Positions 49,743 through 58,803 of a DNA stretch of 64,000 nucleotides are shown piece after piece. A program made the position numbers and the translations under genes. Below the pieces are notes generated by a model. It made no database searches, had not been told where the DNA came from, and was given only the letters and a program-made list of their open reading frames with translations. Source of the stretch: a bacterium (GTDB taxonomy: Bacteria > Patescibacteriota > Minisyncoccia > UBA6257 > GWB1-50-10); the NCBI GenBank assembly GCA_021825465.1, contig JAKAGX010000001.1, forward strand, positions 5,347 to 69,346, given 5' to 3'. How positions within the stretch are numbered: position 1 is the stretch's first letter; each line of letters starts with the position of its first letter.

Positions 49743-51449
49743 CTATGCCGTCAATTCACTGTAGCATTTCTTGCAAAGGATGTTTTGGGCATCGTGATTA
49801 CTGATCGATGTCATAAATTCGGCCCCACACTTCGAACACGCTCTCTTTTCCATCTTCAAGTTATCGACCCATATATCGATCTTCTTATTGATCCTGCAAA
49901 AAGGACATTCGCGGGGCAACGGATAATTCATCTTCCGAAGGAACTCCAATTCATCCCTTGTTATTCTGAACCCCCGGCCGCATCGAGCGCAACCGATGAT
50001 CTCGCTTAAAATTGAATCCGGCGCATCCTTGATATGATCCGGCAGATCGGCGGCTTTTTTCGTCACCTCGTATTCTTTTTTTTCAAAAGCACGCCATCCG
50101 TAGCCTTCGTCGCGCGCATCGCGCTCGGTCATCGGAAAAAAATTTTGAGCCAACGTCTCGTTATATGCGAACGTGCTCATTTCGATCGGGAAGAATTCCC
50201 CATATCGATACACCCTGCCCTTCCGATCGGTGTACGGCATGTCCATCATATGTTGGCGTATTTTCGGAACGAGAGCATCGTATTCCTCGGGGGTATATTG
50301 CTTGTTTAAAATGCAATACTGCCCCTTTTTAAGGGAAATGGATCCGAAGACATGTGCCCCGCCGTAAATGAGAAATGAATATTCGGAGTCGACCAAATTC
50401 AATCCCGACCCATAATTGAATTTCACTTCGCTCGCGTTTTCACCGACATTCGGCGAATCGTAGGAAAGCGTGAGATTATTTCCCCAGCTTGTAATGTCGT
50501 AGCAATCTTTCGTTCCCGGAAGGTAGAGCATCGCGAGATACTTTGAATTTTCTGCGCCCAAAACTTCGTAGCATTCCTTGCAATTCCGCGATTGGAACAC
50601 GTTGTTCCCCGTGCAGTTTTCGGTAAATTCATCGAAGACCGGCTTCGGCGGGAACTTTTTCCAATGCTCTTCGGCAAGCTTCTGGATCTCTTGATACTCG
50701 CGATACGACCCGAGGTCCCATCTTTTGATCTCTTTGAAATATTCTTCTTTTGAATACGGCTTGTTGAAAATATAGTATTTTTTATTCCTTAAATTGACCG
50801 AAGCGAAACAATTTTGGCATCCCCACGAATATTTCAAGAAGTATGAATCGATCGACTCCGTTACTTGCCCTCGAAGGCCGGCACATCGGGTGCATCGGTA
50901 TGTATGCATCGAATCGTAGCAAAGCTCCGAATTCATGATGAGCGATGAGTCGAAGACCGACCTGCTCTCTGTGACGTAAAAGCCGTACGCGGAATCCTCG
51001 TCGAAATCGGCGTGAAAGAGCATATAGACATTCTTGTTATTGCCGCTCAAGTGTGAATACGGCGAGGTCTTCAGGGTCATAAAATCCGTCGAGAGCGCCG
51101 GAAGCGGGGCTTCGCGCACAAGGTCCTTGAATTGTTCGAAGAAGGGCCGCGAAAAATCGTAATCGCGGCCGTAATCGCGGGGATCCCACGTATCACTGAA
51201 CCAGCAAGGCAAACAAAAAACCCGGTAGGGTGCGTCAGGCGCGTAAACAGAAATAGTATCCTTGCTGCACAAGTCGCACTTCCGCTTATAGAGGTTGATG
51301 ACATTCATAAACGCCAAGCGCCGCTTTTCGCGGCACTCGGGACAAAACGTCGGCGGAGGGACTTTTATCCTCTCATAAAAAGCGAGATCCTCAGGCTCAA
51401 TGACAAATTCGCGGCGGCAGTTCTGGCAAACTTCTTTCCGGGGACCCAT
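49743..51449 (-). CDS. Cys-rich multi-zinc-ribbon repeat protein, paralog 13
   Basis: Same architecture; C-terminal CSKC-x17-CKKC. Confidence 0.88.
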   Translation of the reverse strand: MGPRKEVCQNCRREFVIEPEDLAFYERIKVPPPTFCPECREKRRLAFMNVINLYKRKCDLCSKDTISVYAPDAPYRVFCLPCWFSDTWDPRDYGRDYDFSRPFFEQFKDLVREAPLPALSTDFMTLKTSPYSHLSGNNKNVYMLFHADFDEDSAYGFYVTESRSVFDSSLIMNSELCYDSMHTYRCTRCAGLRGQVTESIDSYFLKYSWGCQNCFASVNLRNKKYYIFNKPYSKEEYFKEIKRWDLGSYREYQEIQKLAEEHWKKFPPKPVFDEFTENCTGNNVFQSRNCKECYEVLGAENSKYLAMLYLPGTKDCYDITSWGNNLTLSYDSPNVGENASEVKFNYGSGLNLVDSEYSFLIYGGAHVFGSISLKKGQYCILNKQYTPEEYDALVPKIRQHMMDMPYTDRKGRVYRYGEFFPIEMSTFAYNETLAQNFFPMTERDARDEGYGWRAFEKKEYEVTKKAADLPDHIKDAPDSILSEIIGCARCGRGFRITRDELEFLRKMNYPLPRECPFCRINKKIDIWVDNLKMEKRACSKCGAEFMTSISNHDAQNILCKKCYSELTA

Positions 51450-51451
51450 AG

Positions 51452-51640
51452 CTACTCCGCGTCGTCGCCTTCCTCTTCTACATTAATATGATTCTCGGTA
51501 AGGAGCCCGGCTTCCTTCAGTTTTTTCTGCTGCATTTTGAAAATCCTCTTGCATCGAGCGGTCAAAATCAAACCTCTCACGATCTTGTACGCGAGAAAAA
51601 GAATGACTAATCCTATTACGATGTACCAAAAAACATTCAT
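51452..51640 (-). CDS. small single-TM hypothetical protein
   Basis: 62 aa, N-terminal TM, TATAAT 9 nt before ATG, 2 nt gap to paralog 13. Confidence 0.6.
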   Translation of the reverse strand: MNVFWYIVIGLVILFLAYKIVRGLILTARCKRIFKMQQKKLKEAGLLTENHINVEEEGDDAE

Positions 51641-51689
51641 CGTGAAAGTATTATATCACAAATATGATGAAAAATCAAGATTTCTTTTC

Positions 51690-51995
51690 CTATCCCACAA
51701 CTGTCGTCATCCATTCCTTATATGCCCTATTGACGCGTCGAACATCCACGACCGCAACAAGCGGCGTTGAATAGGAATGGTTTTGCTGGATGAGATCTTC
51801 GACATCCTGCACCTTCGACTCATTGGTCTTGATGAGAAGCGCATACTCGTTCTCGCACTTCATTTTCCCCTCCCAGGTATAGCACGATTCGATCGGCCAC
51901 GTGTTGACGCACGCGGCGATCTTCCGCTCGACAATGAGCTTTGCAAGCTTTCTGGCTTCCTCAACACCTTCACAGGTTGAATAAATGAAAACCAT
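51690..51995 (-). CDS. cutA: divalent-cation tolerance protein CutA
   Basis: AACVN..IES.YTWEG, IKT, HSY..P, Y.EW. Confidence 0.92.
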   Translation of the reverse strand: MVFIYSTCEGVEEARKLAKLIVERKIAACVNTWPIESCYTWEGKMKCENEYALLIKTNESKVQDVEDLIQQNHSYSTPLVAVVDVRRVNRAYKEWMTTVVG

Positions 51996-52032
51996 AACGT
52001 TATTTTATTTTCGACCTTTCCTCGAGATGGAT

Positions 52033-53487
52033 TTATACCAAAGGTTCGGGAGTCTGATTGTCTTCCGCCGGCTTCCCCGTGATAGCCGCCTTTTCTTGAG
52101 CGCTCCGCCAAATGCCTGCTTCTTCCTCGGCGATAAGTTTTTTCGCAGCATCTGCCGAAATGGAATATTTTTCGCGCGAACGCTTGATGATCTCGTCCTT
52201 GAACGAGGGATGGGTCGGCGGCAAAACGCGCAACGTTTCCGCCGAGAATGGATCGTAGGTTTCGCCGTCGATCGTCATTTTGATGTAAATTTGGCCCATG
52301 CCGAGATTGATCATATCCTTCACGTCGAAAACCGGCGCCATTTCCGGCTTCAGCTTTACTGCATCTTCGCCGCCGACGCGGAAAATAATGATGGTTCCGG
52401 TATTCCCCAAAACGGCGGCTTGCACCTTCGGCAGCAGCTGTCCGACGTACTGGTGGGCAACGGTAAGGCAAAGGCCGTACTTCCTGGCTTCCGACAAAAG
52501 GTTTTCGAACGTATCGGTCACGAGGTTCTGAAACTCATCGACATACAGATAAAAATCGTTCCGCTCGGCTTGCGGCAAGGTTGCCCGCGCCATGCCCGCT
52601 TGCTTGATCTTCGTAATGAACATCGATCCGAAGAAGCTTGAATTTTCTTCGCCGATCTTCCCTTTCGAGAGATTGATAAGAATGATCTTTTTGTCGTTCA
52701 TCAGCTTCTCGAGATCGATCTTGTTCTCCTTTTGGCCGAAGATGTTCCGGAGCATCGGATTCGAAAGGAATTGGCCGAGTTTGTTCACCAAAGGAATGAT
52801 GGCTTCCGTATCGAATTTCTCCGACCAGTCGGCGAACTCGATGGCCCAGAAGCGTTTCACCATGTCGTCTTCGATGTACTCCACAACCTTTTGCCGGTAG
52901 TTTCGGTCGGAAAGCATCGAAATCATGCCGCGCATCGTGGCATGCGGATAATCGAGGAGCGCAAGGCATGTGAATCGGAACACGTGCTCCAAGCGGGGCG
53001 TCCAGTTCGCGCCGAACTGTTTTTCCATGACCTCGATCAAACCTTGCGTCAGCTGATGCTTGAACGAAGGATCGATGTTTGCCAAGGGATTGAACGATGC
53101 CGGATACTCGATATCCGAAGGGTCGATGATGCACACATCGTCGATGCGGTTTTCGGGAATGGACGGGAGGATGTCGTCGATGGTATCGCCGTGCGGATCG
53201 ATCAAGCAAAGGCCGTACCCATACTCAATGTCCTGCCTGACCAAAAGTTCCATCAGCTTCGATTTACCGACGCCGCTTTTGCCGATGATGTAGGTATGCC
53301 GGCGGCGGTCGACCCGTTTCAGGCCGAAAATGAACTTCTTTTCCTCAAGAGCAGCGACGTAGTTCGTGCGGCCGATATATGAAATTTCGGACGGCGAAAC
53401 TTTCCCGTAAACCGGCAATTGCGGCGGCGGGGGCGCATACTTGATGATTTGGAGCCTTGTTTGTCTTTGTTGCTGTGGTTGCGGCAT
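52033..53487 (-). CDS. VirD4/TraG-like ATPase, second paralog
   Basis: DRRRHTYIIGKSGVGKS, DPHGD, YVDEFQ, SEARKYG, AVLGNTGT. Confidence 0.88.
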   Translation of the reverse strand: MPQPQQQRQTRLQIIKYAPPPPQLPVYGKVSPSEISYIGRTNYVAALEEKKFIFGLKRVDRRRHTYIIGKSGVGKSKLMELLVRQDIEYGYGLCLIDPHGDTIDDILPSIPENRIDDVCIIDPSDIEYPASFNPLANIDPSFKHQLTQGLIEVMEKQFGANWTPRLEHVFRFTCLALLDYPHATMRGMISMLSDRNYRQKVVEYIEDDMVKRFWAIEFADWSEKFDTEAIIPLVNKLGQFLSNPMLRNIFGQKENKIDLEKLMNDKKIILINLSKGKIGEENSSFFGSMFITKIKQAGMARATLPQAERNDFYLYVDEFQNLVTDTFENLLSEARKYGLCLTVAHQYVGQLLPKVQAAVLGNTGTIIIFRVGGEDAVKLKPEMAPVFDVKDMINLGMGQIYIKMTIDGETYDPFSAETLRVLPPTHPSFKDEIIKRSREKYSISADAAKKLIAEEEAGIWRSAQEKAAITGKPAEDNQTPEPLV

Positions 53488-53496
53488 GAATATTCG

Positions 53497-54036
53497 TTAT
53501 TTCAGGGCCCGTATCGTTCTTAAAAACGACTCGTAAACGCGGAGCATTTCTTCCGCTTCTTCCTTCTTCAATTCGAAGCCCGGCGTATGCACCAATTCGT
53601 TCCGGAGCTTGTGCGCCCGCCACAGGTCCTCGATTTGATTGAAATCGTCGTAGGTGAAGTGTTGCAACCGATCGGCCATATGTTCCCCCGGGAGTCCCAT
53701 TTGTTTCAGTGCGGAATCGACGAGATTGTCGGCCGATATGACGGCGAGCATGAGCGATTGCGCTTTTCCTTCCCGCGCTTTTTCTTCGATGCCGGACCAA
53801 TGCGCCGCAAAGTTCGCCGTATTGAAGGAAAAAGGTTTTGCTTCCGCCCCCGATCCTTCCTTCTTGCCTTCAATCCCTTCTTCCTCGAACTCCCCTTCAA
53901 TGGGCGGGCGGATCTCCCACCCCTTTGCGAAATAAATTATCGCCGCCACGAAAAGGATCGCATCCAAAACGATGAACGCGATGCGGAAACCGCCATAGAG
54001 CCCTTCCCAATTGATCGCTTCAAAAAAATGGATCAT
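53497..54036 (-). CDS. membrane-anchored hypothetical protein with HEPN-like RNELVH motif
   Basis: N-terminal TM, AD..VD..LK..G..GE, AHKLRNELVH. Confidence 0.72.
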   Translation of the reverse strand: MIHFFEAINWEGLYGGFRIAFIVLDAILFVAAIIYFAKGWEIRPPIEGEFEEEGIEGKKEGSGAEAKPFSFNTANFAAHWSGIEEKAREGKAQSLMLAVISADNLVDSALKQMGLPGEHMADRLQHFTYDDFNQIEDLWRAHKLRNELVHTPGFELKKEEAEEMLRVYESFLRTIRALK

Positions 54037-54039
54037 TGA

Positions 54040-55467
54040 TTACTTATACCGCTCTATTTCTTCGTCGGCGCCGAAGATGGCGAGCCCTGCCGGCGGGCCC
54101 GTCTTTCTGCTTTCAAGATGTCTCAAATGCGGTTCCGTGAGAACGATGGACGTTGGGATATGAAAGAGCGTCGCGATGCACTTCGTATTCATAAGGAAAT
54201 TTCTCGATGCGTTCCAGTTGAAGAAATATGAGGTCATGACGCGACCCACCAGGCTCTCGGGAGGAATTTCTCGCTCTTTATAATCAAAGAGGATGCGGGC
54301 TTTGCGGTATTCGCCGCGCGTCTTGGGAAAAATGTACGGGCTGCTCCAAAGCTTCGTACGCGTCGAGACATTGTAGTTTTGCGTAAAACCGTTCATATCA
54401 AGCGCCGCATATTGGCTGAAGGCGCCGATCAAACCTCGCCGCGGATAGCTGTCCGTAAAGGTGGCGCGCGGCGAAATGTACACGAAGCGCGCCAATGTTT
54501 CGAAGGCCGGCTTCGAGAGATTTTCCTCGACGGCTTTCAAAATTTCCGTTTGGCGGGGGCTCCGCATCGTGAACATGCTGAATTCCCCTTCGCCGGGGTT
54601 TATTTCCGTTTTCGTTCTTTTCGACTGCTGCCGCAGCTCTTCCAATTCCCCCTTCGAATCATCGAGCCACTTGTCGTGATTGGTCATCGGGTCCTTTCCG
54701 GTCGGCGCGATCAAAAGCTGGATCCCCACGAACTCATCCTTCATGAGCTTTCCCATGACCTCGAGGAAAGATGAAATGGGATCGAATCTTTTTTCTTCGT
54801 CGGGGCTCGCTTCGAAATCGGCATACGTTTTAATGGGGTACAATTCTTCCTTTTGGAGAAGCATTTCCGTCCCCCACAGATCGAATCCTTCTTCGTACAT
54901 CGACGTAACGCTCTTCGGAAGCCTGTCAATATAGTCGGGCACTTCGATGATATCGATATCCGGATAATACGAGAAGAACGACGCTTCAACCAGATTTTTC
55001 AAGCCGGCGTAAATGCGGATATAAAAATGAATTTCTCCTCCGAAACTCGCCATTTCGAGCGAAAACCACCGCGTCACTTCTCCTTCGATGTATTTTTCCT
55101 TGAAATCGGACGGTGCGTTCCGGAGCGCATGGATCGCCGTCAAGACCTGCTCCATCGCCTGAGGGCTTTTTTGAATGTTCCGGGGAACTCGAAGCTCCAA
55201 AAGGACCCACTTCAAAGACTTTTTATACATCTCCCGCTTGTAATGGAGCCACAATTCCTTGAATAGATTGAAGAGAATGATGAAAACCCACAGCCACCAC
55301 GTATATTCGAGAAAATACAAAAAAGCCCTCCAAATGGACGAGGGGCCGGTGAAGGGCACCAAAAAAGATCCAATGAGCCCGGCAACAAAAATAGCAAGCC
55401 AGATCTCCCACGTCGAGAAGAGATCCTTCAGGATGTCGCCAAAACCGCCAACAATATCTTTCAGCAT
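54040..55467 (-). CDS. membrane-anchored hypothetical protein, putative ATPase partner
   Basis: Two N-terminal TMs, LLELRVP..KSPQAMEQ, WFSLEM, YPIKTY, ATLFHIP; co-operonic with the ATPase. Confidence 0.78.
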   Translation of the reverse strand: MLKDIVGGFGDILKDLFSTWEIWLAIFVAGLIGSFLVPFTGPSSIWRAFLYFLEYTWWLWVFIILFNLFKELWLHYKREMYKKSLKWVLLELRVPRNIQKSPQAMEQVLTAIHALRNAPSDFKEKYIEGEVTRWFSLEMASFGGEIHFYIRIYAGLKNLVEASFFSYYPDIDIIEVPDYIDRLPKSVTSMYEEGFDLWGTEMLLQKEELYPIKTYADFEASPDEEKRFDPISSFLEVMGKLMKDEFVGIQLLIAPTGKDPMTNHDKWLDDSKGELEELRQQSKRTKTEINPGEGEFSMFTMRSPRQTEILKAVEENLSKPAFETLARFVYISPRATFTDSYPRRGLIGAFSQYAALDMNGFTQNYNVSTRTKLWSSPYIFPKTRGEYRKARILFDYKEREIPPESLVGRVMTSYFFNWNASRNFLMNTKCIATLFHIPTSIVLTEPHLRHLESRKTGPPAGLAIFGADEEIERYK

Positions 55468-55505
55468 TCCCTTACGGGAATTATACTACGTTCCGAGCCG
55501 GCTTT

Positions 55506-56522
55506 CTACGCCTCCCGAACGGAGAACCTGCCGTCATCGAGCTTCTTAAAATGATTCTTATTTTGCAGATTCAAGATAACCGTGTTTTCCTTCACCAACC
55601 GCTGTGCCTTCACGAGTTCAATGATCTTGTCCACCTTTTGAGGCCCGTTCTTCTTCAAAAGATCCACCAGAACGTCTTTCACCGTTCCCGGCTCGAAGCC
55701 GTGCTCACGAAGCGCGTACATTCCCCTTCCGACCAAAACGAATCGATGATCTTTGATGAGTTCGTTGTGCACCGTTTGAACATGCGGAACTTTTTTGTCC
55801 AATCCGTATTTATACGAGTACTTGGCGATGTCCGTGAAGTGGAGCGGCGCTCCATGTTTCCTTAATACCAAGTAGACCCTGTCGCGGATCGTTTTCGGTT
55901 CTATTTCCGGCCAGTTTTTAAGGCCGAAGTCTCCGAAGATGTTCGTCCCGAAGTGCTTCGGGATCGAGAGGAAATGGCATGATGCAAGATCCTTGCACTG
56001 GCCGAGGTACGACTTGCTCGTCAAGATCGCCGTTTTTTCTTTCGTGGTCAAAAACTTCGTCATACCGTTCACGAACTCGAGGAATTTCTTCCGCGCATCG
56101 TTCGTTGCATACCAGTAAGCGTTCATTTTGTCGTCTTCCTTGGCATACATCGGTTCGTTGGAGACCAACAAAACGAAGCGCACTTTTTCTTTCGCGTTCT
56201 TTGTCTTTGCATCGATCTTCAGGCCGTAAAGGACGTCGTTCAAGAAATCTTCGTCCAGTTTCACGCCACCCGCCGAAAGGAGGTGTTTTTTCGCAAAATC
56301 GACGATTTCCTTTCCATCCGTCTTCGTCTTTTCCCGGATCTTCTTCAATGCTTGTTCTTCGATTTGCCGTACCCGTTCCCGCGTAATGCCTATTTCATCG
56401 CCGATCTCTTGGAGCGTTTCCGTTTTTCCGTTCTTCAAACCGAACCGGCCGACAACGATCCGCCGCTGTTTGGGTGGTAGAGTCAAAAGAATATCGTCAA
56501 TGATGGCATTCACGTTTTTCAT
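55506..56522 (-). CDS. sigma70 region-4-like HTH protein with C-terminal winged-helix domains
   Basis: RFGL..TLQEIG..ITRERVRQIE at the N-terminus; PLHF..I and QTVHNELI..FVLVGRG.YAL; lacks sigma region 2. Confidence 0.82.
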   Translation of the reverse strand: MKNVNAIIDDILLTLPPKQRRIVVGRFGLKNGKTETLQEIGDEIGITRERVRQIEEQALKKIREKTKTDGKEIVDFAKKHLLSAGGVKLDEDFLNDVLYGLKIDAKTKNAKEKVRFVLLVSNEPMYAKEDDKMNAYWYATNDARKKFLEFVNGMTKFLTTKEKTAILTSKSYLGQCKDLASCHFLSIPKHFGTNIFGDFGLKNWPEIEPKTIRDRVYLVLRKHGAPLHFTDIAKYSYKYGLDKKVPHVQTVHNELIKDHRFVLVGRGMYALREHGFEPGTVKDVLVDLLKKNGPQKVDKIIELVKAQRLVKENTVILNLQNKNHFKKLDDGRFSVREA

Positions 56523-56539
56523 GAATTTATCGTAAAATC

Positions 56540-56568
56540 ATTCTACCACAAGGTTAAAAAGTAGTCAA
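56540..56568 (-). promoter_or_regulatory. sigma70-type promoter TTGACT-17-TAGAAT
   Basis: agtcaa at 56563-56568 and attcta at 56540-56545. Confidence 0.7.
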
Positions 56569-57477
56569 CTAGTCCTTCTTCTGCCACAGATACAGGAGCG
56601 GGCTCGCAACAAATATGGAAGAATAGGTTCCAAAAATAGTGCCGATCAGTATCGTAAGGATGAAATAAAAGAGGGATTGCGGGCCGAATACGAGGAGTGC
56701 AACGAGGACCAAGACGAGCGTGAAGGACGTATTCACAGACCTCGCAAATGTCTCGCGGACGCTGTAGTCGATGACCTCCGCAAGCGATGTCTTCTTTCCC
56801 CGGGCAACCAAGAGATTTTCCCGAATTCGGTCGAAGACGACGATGGTATCGTGAACGGAAAAGCCCATGATGACCAAAAGCGCCACGATGAAATTGGTAT
56901 CTATTTCAATGCCCTTGAAAAATCCGAGAAGCGCCAAAAAACCCGCCGGGATCGAAACGTCGTGAACGAGCGTCGCAAGCGTTATCAGTCCGTATTTCCA
57001 CGACTTGACCGGCTCCGAAACTTTCCGGAAGGCGTACGCGATGTAGAGGGAAATGCCGATCAAAACGAGGATGATGGCGGTCATTGATTTGTGCGCCAGC
57101 TCGCTCCCCACCGTGGGGCCGATGCTCGAAAAATTCTCGTCGTTGAAGCTTCCGATCTTCGTCTTCAGGGCGTCGGCATACTGTTGATGGCTTGCTTCGC
57201 TCATCTCCGGCGTTTCGATATCGAACTGATTCGGACCGAGGCTCCTCACCGTCAATTCCGAAAGACCCGCGGACGAAAGCACCGATTGCACCTCGGAAAC
57301 CGAAACGTTTCCGCTTGTGAACGCAACTTGCCATTCGGTCCCCCCCGAAAGATCGATTCCCGGCTTCAAGCCGAGGAAAATGACGCACAGCCAACTTGCA
57401 AGGACAATGACCGCCGCGAACGACAAATAGTATTTCCTGTTTTCTACGACGTTCAAAAATTTCATTTTGGTGTTCAT
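56569..57477 (-). CDS. secF: protein translocase subunit SecF
   Basis: GIDLSGG, IGPTVGSEL, HDV, GFSVHDTIVVFDRIRE, GTYSSIFVASP. Confidence 0.95.
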   Translation of the reverse strand: MNTKMKFLNVVENRKYYLSFAAVIVLASWLCVIFLGLKPGIDLSGGTEWQVAFTSGNVSVSEVQSVLSSAGLSELTVRSLGPNQFDIETPEMSEASHQQYADALKTKIGSFNDENFSSIGPTVGSELAHKSMTAIILVLIGISLYIAYAFRKVSEPVKSWKYGLITLATLVHDVSIPAGFLALLGFFKGIEIDTNFIVALLVIMGFSVHDTIVVFDRIRENLLVARGKKTSLAEVIDYSVRETFARSVNTSFTLVLVLVALLVFGPQSLFYFILTILIGTIFGTYSSIFVASPLLYLWQKKD

Positions 57478-58778
57478 GCCAGTTGTTTCTTTTCGCGGCT
57501 TTCAAAAACCCTGAGGAGCGTTCGCGTGGTGGTTATGGCGGAAAACAAGCTCACGAGGACCCCGATAAAAAGAGACAAAGCGAAGCCCTGCACGAAACTC
57601 GACGTAAAATAGTAAAGGACTGCCGACGTAATGAGAGTCGACACGTTCGAATCCCGAATGGATGTCCATGCCCGCTTGAATCCTTCCTCGACCGCGGAAG
57701 CATGGCTCAAACCGCGCTGGAGCTCCTCCTTCGTCCGTTCAAAAACCAAAACATTCGCATCGACGGCCATGCCGATGGACAAGATAAAACCGGCGATCCC
57801 CGACAGCGTCATCGTAACCGGCACGATCTTGAAGATGGCGAGCGTGATCGCAATATAAATAAGAAGCGCTACCGAAGCAAAGATGCCGAGTTTCTTGTAA
57901 TAAATGAGCATGAAGACCATGACCGCCAAGGTTCCCACGATGCCTGCCAAGATAGCCGTGTCGAGCGCATTTTTACCGAAATTGGAACTTATCGTTTGCT
58001 GATTCACGAGCGTGATCGGAGCCGGAAGAGCGCCGGCATTGAACCGCTCAACGAGCGTTTGAGCGGTTTGGACCGTGAAGTTTCCCGTTATTTCGGCTTT
58101 TCCGCCGGTTATCGTCTCCTGGACCACCGGCATTTCGATCAACTGATCGTCCAAAAATATCGCAATGGGCTTTCCGACATTCTTTGAGGTCAAATCCTGG
58201 AACAGCGTTGCGCCTTCAGAATTGAATTCGATGTCCACTTGGGGCTGATTGGTCACCGAATTGAAAGACATTTGAGCTCCGACGACATACCTGCCATTCA
58301 AACCGGTCGGAATGAATGCGAGATTTTGGCCGGCAAGGGTCGACGTCGAAGAAGTCGAGAGCGCAGCAGTCGACGTAGCCGGGATCTCTTGAACCTCCCG
58401 AAAATCCAAAAACGGCGTTGCGCCGATCTCTTTGATGGCTTGATTGACATCCTTCACGCCCGCAAGCTCCACGACCAGCCGCTCATTGCTCCCTACGGTC
58501 TCGATGTAAACCTTTGGTTCGGAAACGCCGAAGAGGTTCACCCTCTTTTCAATGACATCGCGAAGGCCGTTCACAACGGACTGTTCGTCCGCCGCCGGAA
58601 CTTTCGAGAGATCGATGTTGTACGTCAAAACGCTCCCTCCCGCCAAATCCAGACCGAGATTCCAGGGCCGGAAGTTCGAGATCGTCCCCCACAGCGGCTG
58701 ATAATCAAAAATGCCGGCAACGACTGCGATGGCCACAATGATGAAAAGCAGCGTTTTTGGTTTCAGTTTCTGAAACAT
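57474..58778 (-). CDS. secD: protein translocase subunit SecD
   Basis: LGLDLAGG, RVNLFGVSEP, AGALP, GMAVDANVLVFER. Confidence 0.95.
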   Translation of the reverse strand: MFQKLKPKTLLFIIVAIAVVAGIFDYQPLWGTISNFRPWNLGLDLAGGSVLTYNIDLSKVPAADEQSVVNGLRDVIEKRVNLFGVSEPKVYIETVGSNERLVVELAGVKDVNQAIKEIGATPFLDFREVQEIPATSTAALSTSSTSTLAGQNLAFIPTGLNGRYVVGAQMSFNSVTNQPQVDIEFNSEGATLFQDLTSKNVGKPIAIFLDDQLIEMPVVQETITGGKAEITGNFTVQTAQTLVERFNAGALPAPITLVNQQTISSNFGKNALDTAILAGIVGTLAVMVFMLIYYKKLGIFASVALLIYIAITLAIFKIVPVTMTLSGIAGFILSIGMAVDANVLVFERTKEELQRGLSHASAVEEGFKRAWTSIRDSNVSTLITSAVLYYFTSSFVQGFALSLFIGVLVSLFSAITTTRTLLRVFESREKKQLA

Positions 58779-58803
58779 CGGATATAGTTTATAATGAAAG
58801 CGA

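Noticed and set aside
24522-51449. Diversity-generating retroelement as the cause of array variation
   Set aside because: No reverse transcriptase is present, and no ~100 bp template/variable repeat pair with adenine-specific mismatches was seen; the shared tracts are near-identical and in conserved coding motifs.
55506-56522. Bona fide sigma factor (rpoD/rpoS)
   Set aside because: Only region 4 similarity is present, at the N-terminus; region 2 is absent.
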